Source of the DNA: Octopus sinensis
Taxonomy: Eukaryota
NCBI RefSeq assembly: GCF_006345805.1
Contig: NC_043017.1
Coordinates: 1,426,001-1,490,000 of the forward strand
Length of the DNA stretch: 64,000 nucleotides
Direction: 5' to 3'
The notes below the pieces were generated by a model that was not told where the DNA came from, did not search any database, and saw nothing but the letters and a program-made list of their open reading frames with translations. The translations under genes and the position numbers were made by a program. Shown piece by piece: positions 1 to 12,894 of the stretch. The first letter of the stretch is position 1. Each line of letters starts with the position of its first letter.

Positions 1-129
1 ATGAAAACAGAAAAAACAAAAAACATAGAAAACGAACATTTTTTCGAACAACGTAAAAAAAAACAAACAAACAGAGAAACGAGACATGCAACATAAAGCA
101 TATTCCCCTTCATCAGTTGTCCCTGTTTC

Positions 130-250
130 ATTTTCTGACTTTAGCAATGTTCCTCCATGTGTTTCAACATCCCTCTCCTATATGATCTGGACATTGAAAG
201 AAGGAATAAACAACACCGACATGGCATGCAGTGTGATTGCTAAAGCCCTC
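130..250 (+). mobile_element. Penelope-like element GIY-YIG fragment (decayed)
   Basis: Frame reads STSLSYMIWTLKEGINNTDMACSVIAKA, resembling the PLE endonuclease motif ST.LS.YIW.LK......I.W.II.KA. Confidence 0.55.
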
Positions 251-254
251 CGTT

Positions 255-500
255 TAACTTCATATCTTGTCTTCCTTCAGTCACCACACAATATCATTCT
301 TCAGTTTCCACACAAAATTGGCCAATGATGTTGAATATCTCTTATTGACATTCTTGAAACTGGCGACGTTTTTGCGATAACGATTCTTGAATGAATCAGC
401 CATGTATCCAACGCAAACATACGGCCCTCCCGTTGTGTGCACGGTACATGTATATGCTAGATTTGTGCTCATACAGAAGATCATCAACAGACATTTTGAT
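255..500 (-). mobile_element. Penelope-like element GIY-YIG N-half (inverted segment)
   Basis: ORF 281..796(-) contains CLLMIFCMSTNLAYTCTVHTTGGPYVCVGYMADSFKNRYRKNVASFKNVNKRYSTSLANFVWKLK, matching the PLE GIY-YIG pattern C...N.VY...V......Y.G.....FK.RY..H..SF......ST.L..Y.W.LK. Confidence 0.75.
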
Positions 501-506
501 TTTTCA

Positions 507-660
507 AGACATGCAAAGCCATATGACATTTCTAGGAGATGCTGCCTCTGCTCCGAGAAATCCCTGTCTATTCTGTGACCCAATGAGAAGATCACGAAGA
601 GAATTTCTGAAAGACTCTCATGATGCCTACGTGCATAAGAATGTACTTTCGCCCAATGCG
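507..660 (+). mobile_element. Penelope-like element GIY-YIG C-half
   Basis: RHAKPYDISRRCCLCSEKSLSIL followed by VHKNVL, resembling the PLE C-terminal AKPY....RC.LC..EK..I ... CRH.NK.LL. Confidence 0.65.
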
Positions 661-902
661 TTAGGAATAAATTTGATTCCCTTTTAACATAATTTACTTT
701 AAGGTATGAATGATTTAGGTTTAGCTTTAACCTCCGCATTCCTATAAACATCAAGTAACTATTTAATTCGCTTAAGAACAATGTGCACCTAACCACACCT
801 GGGAGTATGTGTGTGCTTACATCTTGTATGAGCGACCTTTAACGGTTATTTTAAATACTTTTCTAGCTGTATTGCGTGTTCGTTTCGTTTTTGTATCTGT
901 GC

Positions 903-1545
903 TCCGTATCGACAACAAGCAGGAAGAGCCAATCCCAATCGAGGGGGCACCTGTGGAGGACGTTAGTGAATCTGTCTATCCTGGCAGCAAGACCGGCTAA
1001 TCAGGTGGATCAGACGAGGACATCACAGCAAATAGCAAGAAGGCTTGGCAAAACTTCGCTATTCTTCGGCCTGTATGGAAGTCCACTGCTATCTCAACTT
1101 GAACTAAACTCCGCTTATTTAGTTCAAACTTAAAATCTCTGCTTTTGTATAGCTCTGAAACATGGAGAGCCACCTGCAGCAACTACAAGAAGATCAAGAC
1201 CTTCATCAATAAATATCTCCTCCATCTAAAGTGGTTCGACAGAGTGCCAGACATCAACCAACCAGGAGCCCATACATGTTCAGATTATAAGAAGGAAATG
1301 GAGATGGATCGGACACAGTCTGCATAAGCAACCCTCAAATGGGACACGACAAGCACTTGACTGAAACCCGTAGGGGAAAAGGATGCGAGGACGCCCGAAG
1401 CAGACTTGGAAGCGGAGCATTTTGGACGAGCTTAAGACCACTGGCTTGATATGGGAAGCAGCCATGAAACACGCCAATGACTGCAAAAAGTGGAAAACAA
1501 CTATTGAGGATCTATGCACCACAAGGGGCAAAAAGGATTAAGAAA
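903..1545 (+). mobile_element. RTE-clade LINE, 5'-truncated, decayed RT C-terminus and 3' end
   Basis: Stitched frames give RIDNKQEEPIPIEGAPVEDVSESVYPGS...GGSDEDI...FAILRPVWKS...LLYSSETWRATCSNYKKIKTFINK...RRKWRWIGHSLHK...TRQALD*NP*GKRMRGRPKQTWKRSILDELKTTGLIWEAAMKHANDCKKWKTTIEDLCTTRGKKD*. These are typical RTE motifs, with internal stops and frameshifts. Confidence 0.9.
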
Positions 1546-2264
1546 AAGAAGATAGATAGAGAGAGAGAGGGAGGGAGGGAGAGGAAGATAAAGAAAGTGG
1601 GTTTGAATTAAATAAATATTCACGTGAAAATTCGGTATGTGACGTGCATCTATGAAGCAGTCCCTGGCTTATATTTATACAGAAAACATAACAGATGCAT
1701 CAGATCATTTACAGCTGTCAACCGCTTCTATCCCAAATCTGTTCTATCGGTTATTGATAATGTTCTGTTACATTCGGGCCTAAAGATCAATACCTCATTA
1801 ATAACTATTCCCCTTTCGTCATTCGTCATCCATAATATCTACATGTTTCCATATTTATATATCATTACTAAATCCCGATAAGATAATAAGAAACGTTGAT
1901 TACAAGAAATTGATTTTTTCTTGTTATAATCAAAAATACATTATGAAAGGACATTGGGAATATAAAGAATGACAAAAACAGAAGAGAAACTTGGCGTCAA
2001 TGATGAGGTCTTGAAATGTCTCTTTTCATGTATTGGCTTCAGTAATTGGACTGCGGCCATACTGGAGTATCACCGTATTGTTCAAATGTATTTTTCTTTC
2101 GAGTTAGGAAAATGATTTTGCTATTTTAATTCGGGAAATGAGCGAATCATTTCTTCCGTCCCTTACTTTCTTTCATTACATTATTTATGATATCGAGCTA
2201 TTAATGACAAACATCGGTTTTATTGATGAATTTAATGATGTTTTACATCATCGATTTTAAAATT

Positions 2265-2295
<31 letters not shown>

Positions 2296-3315
2296 CTTGT
2301 TTACATTTTGATGTTAAAATTAATTGATAAAATTTCGTGAACGAATAAGCGCTTTTTGAATCTCACCTTGTTGCATTGTATTATTAAATGCTTTTTGTAA
2401 ATGTGAAACACACCCGTATCCTGAAATTAGTGGACAATATTTTGTCTTGTTCAATTAAGTCCCTTTATGATTTGAGTTCGAATCATGCTGGATCGATTTT
2501 CATTTACTTTTATTAATTATTTCTCCTTTTATGATTATAAGACAGTATGCTATTTAGCGTGTCAGACAAATTACTTAGCCGTATTCCTTCTAGCACTTTA
2601 TGCTCTAAGTTCGCATTCTTCAGAGGGCAATTTTGCATTTCATCATCTAGGGGTCGACGGAATAAAGACCAATTGAGCATTTAGGCCGTTGTAATGGACG
2701 AGCCTTCTTACTCAGAAATTCAAACGTAGTACTTAATGCAAAATAATTATTAAAATTATGAAAGTACTGAGGAAAAAACTTTCTGTTATTTAATTACACC
2801 TCATCAAATTCGACTTGACCCTCCTTAAATTTCAGGCCTTGACCCTTTAGTAGAAGCAGTTGTTAGTGTTGCAGTTTTTTAAGCATCGTACGTCGATCAG
2901 ATAAGTACCAGGAAAATATCAGGGTCGATATAATAGTCTAGTATGTTTCTAAAGTCTTATTAAATATATAATTAAAAATGAACAAAGACAAAAAGCGACG
3001 CCGCTGATCATACGACTTTATAAAATGTCTGATAAGCGGCTAATCAACAACAACCACAACGACGATTTCGTGTTCAGTCCGACTGTGGGCGCAAGAATGC
3101 GAACTGTTGGTACCTTGGGCGCACATATTCTACTGCATGGCCTGACCGACAACAGCATTGCGATTGTTTTCGTAGAGGAAAACTGAAAGAAGCCAGTCGT
3201 GTATACACAATGTTACAGACTCTGCCTTTCACTGATTTGTCTTGTTTTATGGGATCAGTTTTAATTTATAGACTAGTTTATCAAATCCTTGTATATCTAA
3301 ATCTGTAGCCTTATG

Positions 3316-3447
3316 AACTACATGGTTCTGGGTTCAGTCCCACTGCAAGGAACTTTGGGCAAGTGTCTTCTACTATAGCCTCAGGCCAACCAAAGCCTTG
3401 TAAGTGGATTTGCTAGACGGAAACCGAAAGAACCAAGCCGTATGTAG

Positions 3448-3514
<67 letters not shown>

Positions 3515-3743
3515 CTTGTGTGTGTATGTTTGTGCGTTTGTGTCTTTCCCCCAACATCGCTTAACAACAGATGCTGGTGTGTTTACGTCCCTGTAACTTA
3601 GCGGTTCGGCTAAAGAGGCCGATAGAATAAGTACTAGGCTTACAAAGAATAAGTCCTGGGGTCGATTTGCTCGACTAAAGGCGGTGTTCCAGCATGGTCA
3701 CAGTCAAATGGCTGAAACAAGTAAAACAGTAAAGAGTGAGAGT
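3316..3743 (+). mobile_element. tRNA-derived SINE family A, near full length
   Basis: B-box-like GGTTCAGTCCC, CORE-like CTTTGGGCAAGTGTCTT, internal (TA)n(TG)n, 3' end GGCGGTGTTCCAGCATGGTCACAGTCAAATGGCTGAAAC plus a short repeat tail. Homologous to many other copies in the window. Confidence 0.9.
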
Positions 3744-3756
3744 ATCATCATCATCA

Positions 3757-3827
<71 letters not shown>

Positions 3828-4074
3828 ATTATTATTATTATTATTATTATTATTGGCATCATAATCATTATTATCCCATCATTTCCGTCCATGTAAATCT
3901 CCATACATTATGTCCGTCCATGTTCTCCTCATCCGCCTCTCTGGTGTTAAATCTGAGAAATTCTTATCGTTATTTGTAGAAGTATTAGCATTAATTTTCC
4001 GTTTTCACCCTAAATAAGCGAAAATCGGGATGTTCCTTTAAAACAGATGAAGGAAATACACACACACACACTCA

Positions 4075-4111
<37 letters not shown>

Positions 4112-4506
4112 GCTCGCATGCACGCTTATATGAGCTGTGTATTGAACGCAAGGAAGCAACAACAGCCCCATTTAAAATATGGGATAAATAGGAAGAACTG
4201 TTTTGGACTGTTCATTGCAAATGCCTGCTTTCAGTCTTGAATTAATCACAGTGTTGAATGGCAATCTATAGATGTACACAAGCCAGCTCTCGGAGGAGAT
4301 CAGCCACCCACTTTTACTTATACATATACATACATATACATGCATTCATGGATACATACTTACATACAAAGACACAGACACACACAAACATATATATGCC
4401 TATATTTTCCTACACGTATATATATATATGACAATATATATACATATATATGTATATATGTATATATATATATATATATATAATATATATATATATATTA
4501 TATATA

Positions 4507-4577
<71 letters not shown>

Positions 4578-5559
4578 TACGTGTGTATGTATGTATTTTG
4601 TATCGGAAAATCTTTCACACGCGCAGCCGTTCATTGGTATTCCAATCCAATTGTATATGATAAACATTTGTGGATTGCAAAAGAATCCAATCTAATCAAT
4701 GTCGAAATTCCAAAGAGTAAATATGAAGATATCTATATATGCTTGATAGAATGCATTCGCCATTGTCCGCCATATTGACTTTCATTCCTTTCAAATTATA
4801 TGATATTCAAATACGATAGAATGATAGATAATTCGGGTAGGAAAACATATTGAGGAAGGAAAAAAAATGTTTAATAATAGTTAAGATGGCGTATCCCAAA
4901 ACCTTTTAAAATTCCTTCGATTTTGTTTGTATTTATCGTTAGTAGTTCTCACCCTTCAAAATTTATCTTTGGTGTAATACATTTAGACAGTGATGCATCA
5001 CAGCGTAATGCCATTGCTGCGATGAAATGAGAATATGCTCTCTCTGAATTTCTTGTCTCTCTAACAGAATAGGATGTGCTGCAACGATAGTGAACTCGAT
5101 ATGAAGATATGATATGAAGTCAAAGACGGGAGAGGAGAGTGTAGCGCCTCTTAACATTATTACACTACTCCCTAAAATCTGAGTGGTTTGGATCTTAACC
5201 TCACGATTGCACGGACCTGGTTTCAGTTTCCGAAGCGGTCGATGGGATGCGTTCGCGAGCAAAAAGTTGGTTTCACGCTATCCCAGTCAATTCAACTGTA
5301 AATGACTAACCTCTTCACCTTCCGGGGTCGAGTTGTGGGGTTGGTCACTTATGCAGTAGGAAAGAGAGATAATTGGCTGAATGAGTCGCACGATTCGAGA
5401 CAGCAGAATTCAGTGGATTTACTTTTTTTACTTTAAGAGCGGCAAGGTGGCAGAATTTGTAGGGCATTGCAGAAAAAAAAGGAGCGGGGAGGAACAGAAT
5501 AATATGTGGTATTTGTTTTAGTTCCTTGCATTCTGAGATCAAATACTGCCGAATTGGAC

Positions 5560-5760
5560 TTCAGTTTGCAATCCTCAAAAATCGCATGAAAAATCATTAT
5601 GCAGCAAGGGGCTTCACCATCAAATCCCTTACATCCACAACTGAAGTTGCTGGAAAACATAGGTTGGATTGGCTGAAGAACGGATTCCACTTAAAACAGA
5701 AAGGGAGAGCACTATACTGGCAGCGCAAGATCAAGCTTCGGTGAAAGATGTTATTCACAG
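5560..5760 (+). mobile_element. R4/Dong-like (RLE-type) LINE fragment
   Basis: Frames give SKGLHHQ...LDWLKNG...KTERESTILAAQDQAS, matching K.LHGQ...W.WL..G.LK.ETE..I.AAQDQ. Confidence 0.65.
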
Positions 5761-5944
5761 CACCTTACGCACACCATATAGAAAACATATGCTATAAAAA
5801 CCTTATTCTAAAAATTAATAAAGTACTTTTACGAATTCGCAGCTCCGATTTCTAGAAACTGTTTGTATCCCCATGGATTCCCTTATGTTCGGTGTGTTTG
5901 AGAGGGACTGTCATTGCTTTGCTGGCAACTCCAAATCATCGCGC

Positions 5945-6057
5945 ATGGCTTTGGTCAGATCGAGGCTATAGTAGAAGACATTTTCCTAAGGTGCCACGCA
6001 GTGGGATTGAATCGCGATCCATGTAGCTGGGAAGTAAGCCTCTTACCGCCCAACCAC
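5945..6057 (-). mobile_element. SINE family A 5' part
   Basis: GAGGCTATAGTAGAAGACA...AAGGTGCCACGCAGTGGGATTGAA...CTTACCGCCCAACCAC is the reverse complement of the family A head. Confidence 0.8.
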
Positions 6058-6327
6058 AGTCGTCTTCGTATATAGAAACAATATCGGTGGTCACACGATC
6101 TGCTAGAAACAACAGTCACATCACGCTTCTGTCATAACCTACGGAAAGGGATATCATACTACGAGATTGCAGGAAAATACAAACAAAGCATATAAAGGGT
6201 GGCCATTGTAGGAAGCTTTTATTAGAGGCCTGAAGATTCAGAAGTCAAATGGAGTAACGCCAACAAGAACAACGTCAACAGCAAAATCAACTATTGCATA
6301 AAGTCACAACTTGATGTTACGCATCAG

Positions 6328-6367
<40 letters not shown>

Positions 6368-6412
6368 AAAAATACTACTACTACTACTACTAACTACTAC
6401 TACAACAACAAA

Positions 6413-6444
<32 letters not shown>

Positions 6445-6921
6445 TTTCAATAAAAATAACAGCATTTAAAAATTACTTTAAATCCACTAGATGCTGATGC
6501 GTGACCTACTTAAGAGGCAACATGTATATGGCAGAGACACACAGACACACATATATAGACTGAGATATACGTAAGTGAATATTATATGTATCTCTCTTTC
6601 ACGCTCATGACTCACATGTATGCATGTGTATATGGATATACATATATACACATATAAATATATATATATATACATATAAATACAAAAATATATATATAGA
6701 CACACATATTTATACACACACACACCTATATATATGTATATAATTATATCAGCGTTTATACATATATTAATATATAACATATATATATACATATTTATAT
6801 GAAAATATGAATGTATAAACATTATAAATGCTTACATTATATATATATATATATTATATATATATATATATATAATATATATATATATATACATATATAC
6901 ATACATATATACATACTTATG

Positions 6922-6968
<47 letters not shown>

Positions 6969-7133
6969 TATCCATATTTATATATATACACGCTATCATA
7001 CTTCATCACTAAAGTTTTTATTTCATATAGTGAATGCTCATTTCCCTACGCACACATATCTCTCTCTCTCACTCACTCTCACTCTCTCTCCCTCTCTCTC
7101 TCGCTCTCTCTCCCTCTCTTTCTCTCTCTCTCC

Positions 7134-7164
<31 letters not shown>

Positions 7165-7622
7165 CCTCTAGTGGGCTGATTTCGTGTGTAAGTTTTGCTC
7201 TTGTTTTATTCTCTCTGTATTTTGTTTCGTTCACCATTTTTTTCTCTTCTTTTTGTTTTCATGAAATAAAACCTTATCAAGTTCCGTGTGATGTGGCTGA
7301 TTGCTTTATATTATATAATATCTCGTTTGGGAAATGAATAATATGCCGTCAGCTAGGAAAAATATAGATGATAAATGTAAGTTATCGGAGTGAAAACTGC
7401 GATAAGATATGGATGTGCAGCTGAATTTGTTGCTGGCAAACTCTGCGCCACTACCGTCGCCAGCGAACGTAGCATTGGTCAACAGCATCGTGATTAAGCT
7501 AATCATCACCAGCGCCGTCCTCATTGTCAGCGCCATTATTTCTCGTGATCGTCGTGGTTATCATCATCGTGATCATTACCGTCGTAGTCGTCGTCGTCTT
7601 CATCATCATCATCATCATCATG

Positions 7623-7655
<33 letters not shown>

Positions 7656-7860
7656 CTTAACTTTCTCTTCCTCATAGAAATCAACTTCCATTCCACCACA
7701 CCGGATGATGTGATTATCTTAGTATCTGTAGAGTATTATTCCCTCTCCCTCTTCCTCTTCTTCTCCATGATTTATAATAACAACACCAAAACAACAACAA
7801 CAATAACAATAATAATAGTAACAACAACAACAACAACAACAACAATAATAATAATTATTA

Positions 7861-7906
<46 letters not shown>

Positions 7907-8209
7907 CATCATCATCATCATCATCATCTTTTGCTCTTCATCACAGGTTTTGCTGGAGCTCTTGGAGTCTAGCATTCGTAGCGGGTTTATTTCTTGCTGC
8001 CTACGGTACCATGCTATCCGTTCTTTTCAGCTTTCTAATACTTTCCTTATTATTCTGGCCGTAGCAAAGAGGCAAACCCTTTTGTACCAGTTCTACTGGG
8101 CACTCTACTGCAGTTTCCTGCGACATCTACAAACGACAGCAATAACAATAACAAAAATTACAATAGCAACAATTACAACAACAGTAACCGGAAAAGCAAT
8201 TATTATTCT

Positions 8210-8385
8210 CGTTTCAAAACTTGGCACGAGGCCAACAGATTCGGGATACGTGAGCTAGAAAATTACATTTCTCCTAATGGTCAACTGTTAATTATTTTAT
8301 CGAACCTGATAGGATGAAAGGCAATGTCGAATTTGAACTCAAGCATTTTTCCCGGTGAGATAACGATTTTGGCAGCTCGTTGCTT
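8210..8385 (-). mobile_element. SINE family B, old copy
   Basis: TTTCAAAACTTGGCACGAGGCC...TTTTATCGAACCTGATAGGATGAAAGGCAATGTCGA-ATTTGAACTC...CTAACGATTTTGGCAGCTCG-like motifs match family B in reverse. Confidence 0.65.
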
Positions 8386-9539
8386 TAACTACAACTATTT
8401 CCTGATGGCCCCATAAGCTTGCTAGCATCTGGTATGCGTAGCTTTCAACAGGTAGCATACATATCAGCAAGAATCTGATATTGAACACAGAAACGAGTTT
8501 CTAAAGAGACTATCGATACGCTAATCATAACACGCAAGATTTTCTTAAACCAAACAAACGCCATTTTAGCATACACATATCATACATGAATTAATGTAGT
8601 CGTAAAACTCTTTAAAAAATGGAAAAAAAACATTGAATGATTCTCACTAGGTTCACCTTGATCATAGATTCGCTCAGTCAAGTTTCCCTTGAGTTAAAAT
8701 TAGCGAAACAACAGAGTACAGCAAAAACAACTTCAAATAACCAGTCGGTGTCTAATATTTGTAGCCATATTTTTAGTGCGGATATTTTTAAGCAAGCTTC
8801 TAGGCTCCACTGTTCCAGTGGAGACGCATTCTCTACGGAATATAGCGATGCCTGTCGGATCATTTGTTCTCCGCTATCGGTTTCAACAGAGTTTCATCGT
8901 CGTCGTCATCATCATCATCATCACCACCACCACCACCACCACCACCACCACCACCACCATTATCATCATCATTATTTTCTTCTTCTTCTTCTTCTTTTTC
9001 TTCTTCTTCTTCTTCTTCTTCCTTCCTTCCTTCCTTCCTTCCTCCCTTCCTTCTTTCCTCCTCTGCCGCATTGTCATCTACGTCGCTGTCGTCGGCGTTG
9101 TCGTCACCTCTATCACCATCATAAAAAATGTTATTCTTACCCTCATATTTACCATTAACATCATCGTCATCAGCATCATTCTCATCATCATTATTGTCAT
9201 CGTCATCATCATCATCTTCTCTTTCTTCTTCTTCTCTTTCTTCTTCTTCTTCTTCTTCTCCCTTTTCTTCTTCCACCTCCTCCTCGTCCATCACCATCAC
9301 CATCATACACCACAAGTTTTTTCGTCATAATCAAACATCTTCTTACCATCTTCTCTGCTTCGTCCTTCACCTCTCCTTCCGCCAAATCTTCCTCACCATC
9401 TTCTTTTCAACGGGATAACTGTAATCAATCTTCTTTATCAACATCATCATCATCATCATCATCATAATGATAATAATCGTCATCACCATTACTACCCTCC
9501 TCATCATCAGCACCATCACCATCTTCACCATCATCGTCA

Positions 9540-9845
9540 TCACCATCACCACCACCACCACCACCAACAACAACAACACCATCATTATCATCACCAACAT
9601 TATCATCACTATCATCACCTCACACGTCACATGACGACGACCACCACCACCACGACCACAACCGCTACCACGACTATCGCCACCACCATCATCATCACCA
9701 CCACCACCAACAACAACAACAACAGCACCATCATTATCATCACCAACATCATCATCACTATCATCACCTCACATATCACATGACGACGACCACCGACACC
9801 ACGACCACTACCACGACTATCACCACTACCACCACGACCACCACC
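9540..9845. repeat. ~149-bp tandem duplication of low-complexity sequence
   Basis: ATCATTATCATCACCAACAT...CACATGACGACGACCACC occurs at 9581 and again at 9730. Confidence 0.8.
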
Positions 9846-9957
9846 ACCAAAACCATCATCATCATCATCGTCTGAACCAGCACCACCCGGACAGTCTTCT
9901 TAAATCTGCGTATCATTAACCGATATGTTTTGACAGATAAACACCGTTGATTTCCAG

Positions 9958-10060
9958 CTTGGTTAACCCTTGATCTCCCTATCTCTCTTCTCTTGGTTAA
10001 CCCTTCATCTCCCCATCTCTCTTCTCTTGGTTAACCCTTCATCTCCCTATCTCTCTTCTC
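9958..10060. repeat. 34-bp minisatellite x3
   Basis: Unit CTTGGTTAACCCTTSATCTCCCYATCTCTCTTCT starts at 9958, 9992 and 10026. Confidence 0.95.
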
Positions 10061-10850
10061 TCATTTGATGAATCTTCCATTTCGCTGATTACTTCAGCAA
10101 CCAGCAACTTCTTCACAAACACCGCTCGTTGTGGCAGTTGCTGTTGTTCTTGCTCTTGTTTTTTTCATCTCTTGTAAATGATGATGATGATGAGGATGAT
10201 GATGGGGATGGTGATAGTGATGGAGATGATAATGGTGCTCTCGGTAATGATGATGACTCAGATGGAAGCGGGGAAGCGCTGTTATTGGTTGAAGCGGTGG
10301 ACATGGTGAAGTTCTTTTTGTTTTGAAATTTCATCTTTTACTTCTCATTCTTCTTATTGTTCTCCTCTTTTTCCCCTCTTCTCTTCATCATCATGATCAT
10401 CATCATTATCATCATCATCATGATCATCATCACATGATCATCATCATCATGATCATCTTCATCATCATCATCATCATCATCATCGTCATCATCATCAACA
10501 TCATCATCATCATCATCATTATGATCATCATCATCATCAACAACATCATCATCATCATCATCACCATCATCACCACCACCACTCTCATCATCACCATCAT
10601 CGTCGCCGTCCTCGTCATCATCATCGTTACGATAAAGACGTTGAGATGAAAGAATGGACAGCACACCACTCCTGAAGTATTTACCGGCATTTCATATGTC
10701 TTTACATAGTAAGTTCAAATTACGGCGAGGTCACATTTGCTCTTTGTCCACTTTGTGTGTTTAAAGACTCTGCGTCCATCAAGCACTGAGGTTGATGCAA
10801 TCGTCTTACCCGTATGTCGAAATTTGAAACAGCTATCATTATTATTATTA

Positions 10851-10951
<101 letters not shown>

Positions 10952-10986
10952 TATAGTAGTACCCCTCTTTCTCTCCCTCTTCAAAA

Positions 10987-11128
10987 CCAAGCAGAATTAT
11001 TATAAGATTAGAATGTCGCCAGGTGCTTGCAGTCCTCTACCAGTCGGGCAATGGGATCACTGGACGTTCCTCTTTAGAAACTTATAGATAATTAGTGGTG
11101 GGAAAGTGAGACGACATTTTCGGGTAGA
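10987..11128. repeat. Unclassified 142-bp repeat, copy 1
   Basis: Ungapped match to 12895-13036; I count 11 mismatches. Confidence 0.9.
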
Positions 11129-11129
11129 T

Positions 11130-11465
11130 GGTCCGTGCCACATGTATTGGAATGTCCAAAGAATCGTTACAATTTGTCCCTTAGTCAGCCTCATTATGGT
11201 GATTCTACCATTTGTCAACAGTTTTGATTTTATAATTCCAACATATTCTCCAGTGTAAATTATTGGCCAACACTTTCCCGTCTAGATTTATATTTTACTG
11301 GTGTTAAAATGTTACACGTGGAAATTAGGTGGTCCACTGTTTCAAGGCAGTAGCAGCACTTTGGCTCTACTCCATCTTTCATCACATTGGCTTGATATTT
11401 CTAGGTCACTAAACTCTGATCTTGAGCAGCTAAGATAAAGCCTAAGCTCACTGCCTTAAGCCCTA
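11130..11465 (-). mobile_element. R4/Dong-like LINE fragment (AAQDQ + CCHC knuckle + start of RLE)
   Basis: GLKAVSLGFILAAQDQSLVT*KYQANVMKDGVEPKCCYCLETVDHLISTCNILTPVKYKSR...HW...VTILW. Confidence 0.85.
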
Positions 11466-11469
11466 ATCT

Positions 11470-11760
11470 CTGTATTATTATTAGTGTATTTCTAAAGTCT
11501 TCAGATATTTTTTCAGATTGGGTGGCATTGAACCCAATGCTCCGATGACAATAGTGATAGCATTTATATTTGATTCTCGTAACTCCACATTTAATGATCT
11601 CAATTCTCGGGTTTCCATATTTATCAACATCTTCTCCTTCTTTCATGATGATAGGTTGATCACCTGGCATTGCCACGTCACTTATCGGACACTCTTGCTT
11701 CTCCGTCCTAAAGGGTACTATATCCGGCTTTCGCTGCTCTAATACCTCGTCTGTCTAGAA
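11470..11760 (-). mobile_element. R4/Dong-like LINE fragment (RLE domain)
   Basis: TDEVLEQRKPDIV...CPISDVAMPGDQPIIMKEGEDVDKYGNPRIEI...ITIVIGALGSMPPNLKKYLKTLEI, i.e. the PD..D..P.D...KE.EK..KY...EI pattern. Confidence 0.8.
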
Positions 11761-11894
11761 GTCAAAGCATCAGGTGATTTTTGCCTTCCCCTTTTCGTCC
11801 ATTACCTATATTGTTACTATTATAATTGTTGTTATTGCTATTGTTGTTGCTGCTGTTGCTAATTTTGTTGTTGTTGTTGTTATTATTACGTTTT

Positions 11895-12260
11895 TTCCTT
11901 CTTTCTTCAAATTTTCTTCCGTTTCTCGCCAAGTGTTTTCCGTACACCTAGGGCAGAGAAGCTCATTGTATGCATTCCCATATTACACATGCAAAATTCA
12001 CAGGTAAAAGATGTATTTAAAACATTAATAAATAAATAAGTTCATGAATGGATGTTGTTTTCACAGCGATAATGCTATTCTCAGTACAGGAGTCGTTCCA
12101 GTTAACATGATGTTTTGCACTTCCTGTAGGGATGGTAAGCCTGGTATCATTTTCAAATAAGTTTCAGTACCTTTTTTAATCATTCCTAGAGATCCTAAAA
12201 CCACTGGTGCTGTAGTCGCCTTGAGATGCCACATTTTTAAATTTTCTATTATCAAATCAT
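11895..12260 (-). mobile_element. R4/Dong-like LINE 3' end with 3' UTR
   Basis: IENLKMWHLKATTAPVVLGSLGMIKKGTETYLKMIPGLPSLQEVQNIMLTGTTPVLRIALSL*, then UTR ending in AATAATAACAAC. The 5' junction lies in (TAA)n. Confidence 0.85.
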
Positions 12261-12317
12261 TATTATTATTATTAAGTCTTATTCTCGTCTTTCCCTACAT
12301 GTTTATTATTATTATTA

Positions 12318-12391
<74 letters not shown>

Positions 12392-12894
12392 GGGACCCCT
12401 GAATATTTCATGGAATTAATGGTAAACTTATTGGTTTATTTCTAAAAAGTTTTCTAAAAAGTTTATCCGAAAGCATAGCCTTTGATGTGCAAGTTTCAAA
12501 AGATAGCCACTCATCTACTAATCAGTGAAAAGTGAAGGAAATTGGAATACGATAATTACTTAATACACTTCACAGATACACTTTATATATTTTATGTACA
12601 ATTCAACAGACTTAATACACACCACTCTCCTTCTTTTTTCTCTCATTCTTCGCTTCAACCTCTTTTTCTCTCGCTCTTCTCCTTTCCTTTCAACTAATAA
12701 CGTGAAAGCTTTACAGGTGGAAAAGTAACGAGGAAAAAAATTAATAAAAAAAAAAACAAATTACACATTTTACTCAACACCTCATCCCCTCCTCTTCCCT
12801 CTCTCCTAACCACTCCCCTCCATCCCACACCATACCCCTCTCCCTCTTCAAATAATCATGTGAAAATGTTACGGACGGGCTAAATAACGGGAAT

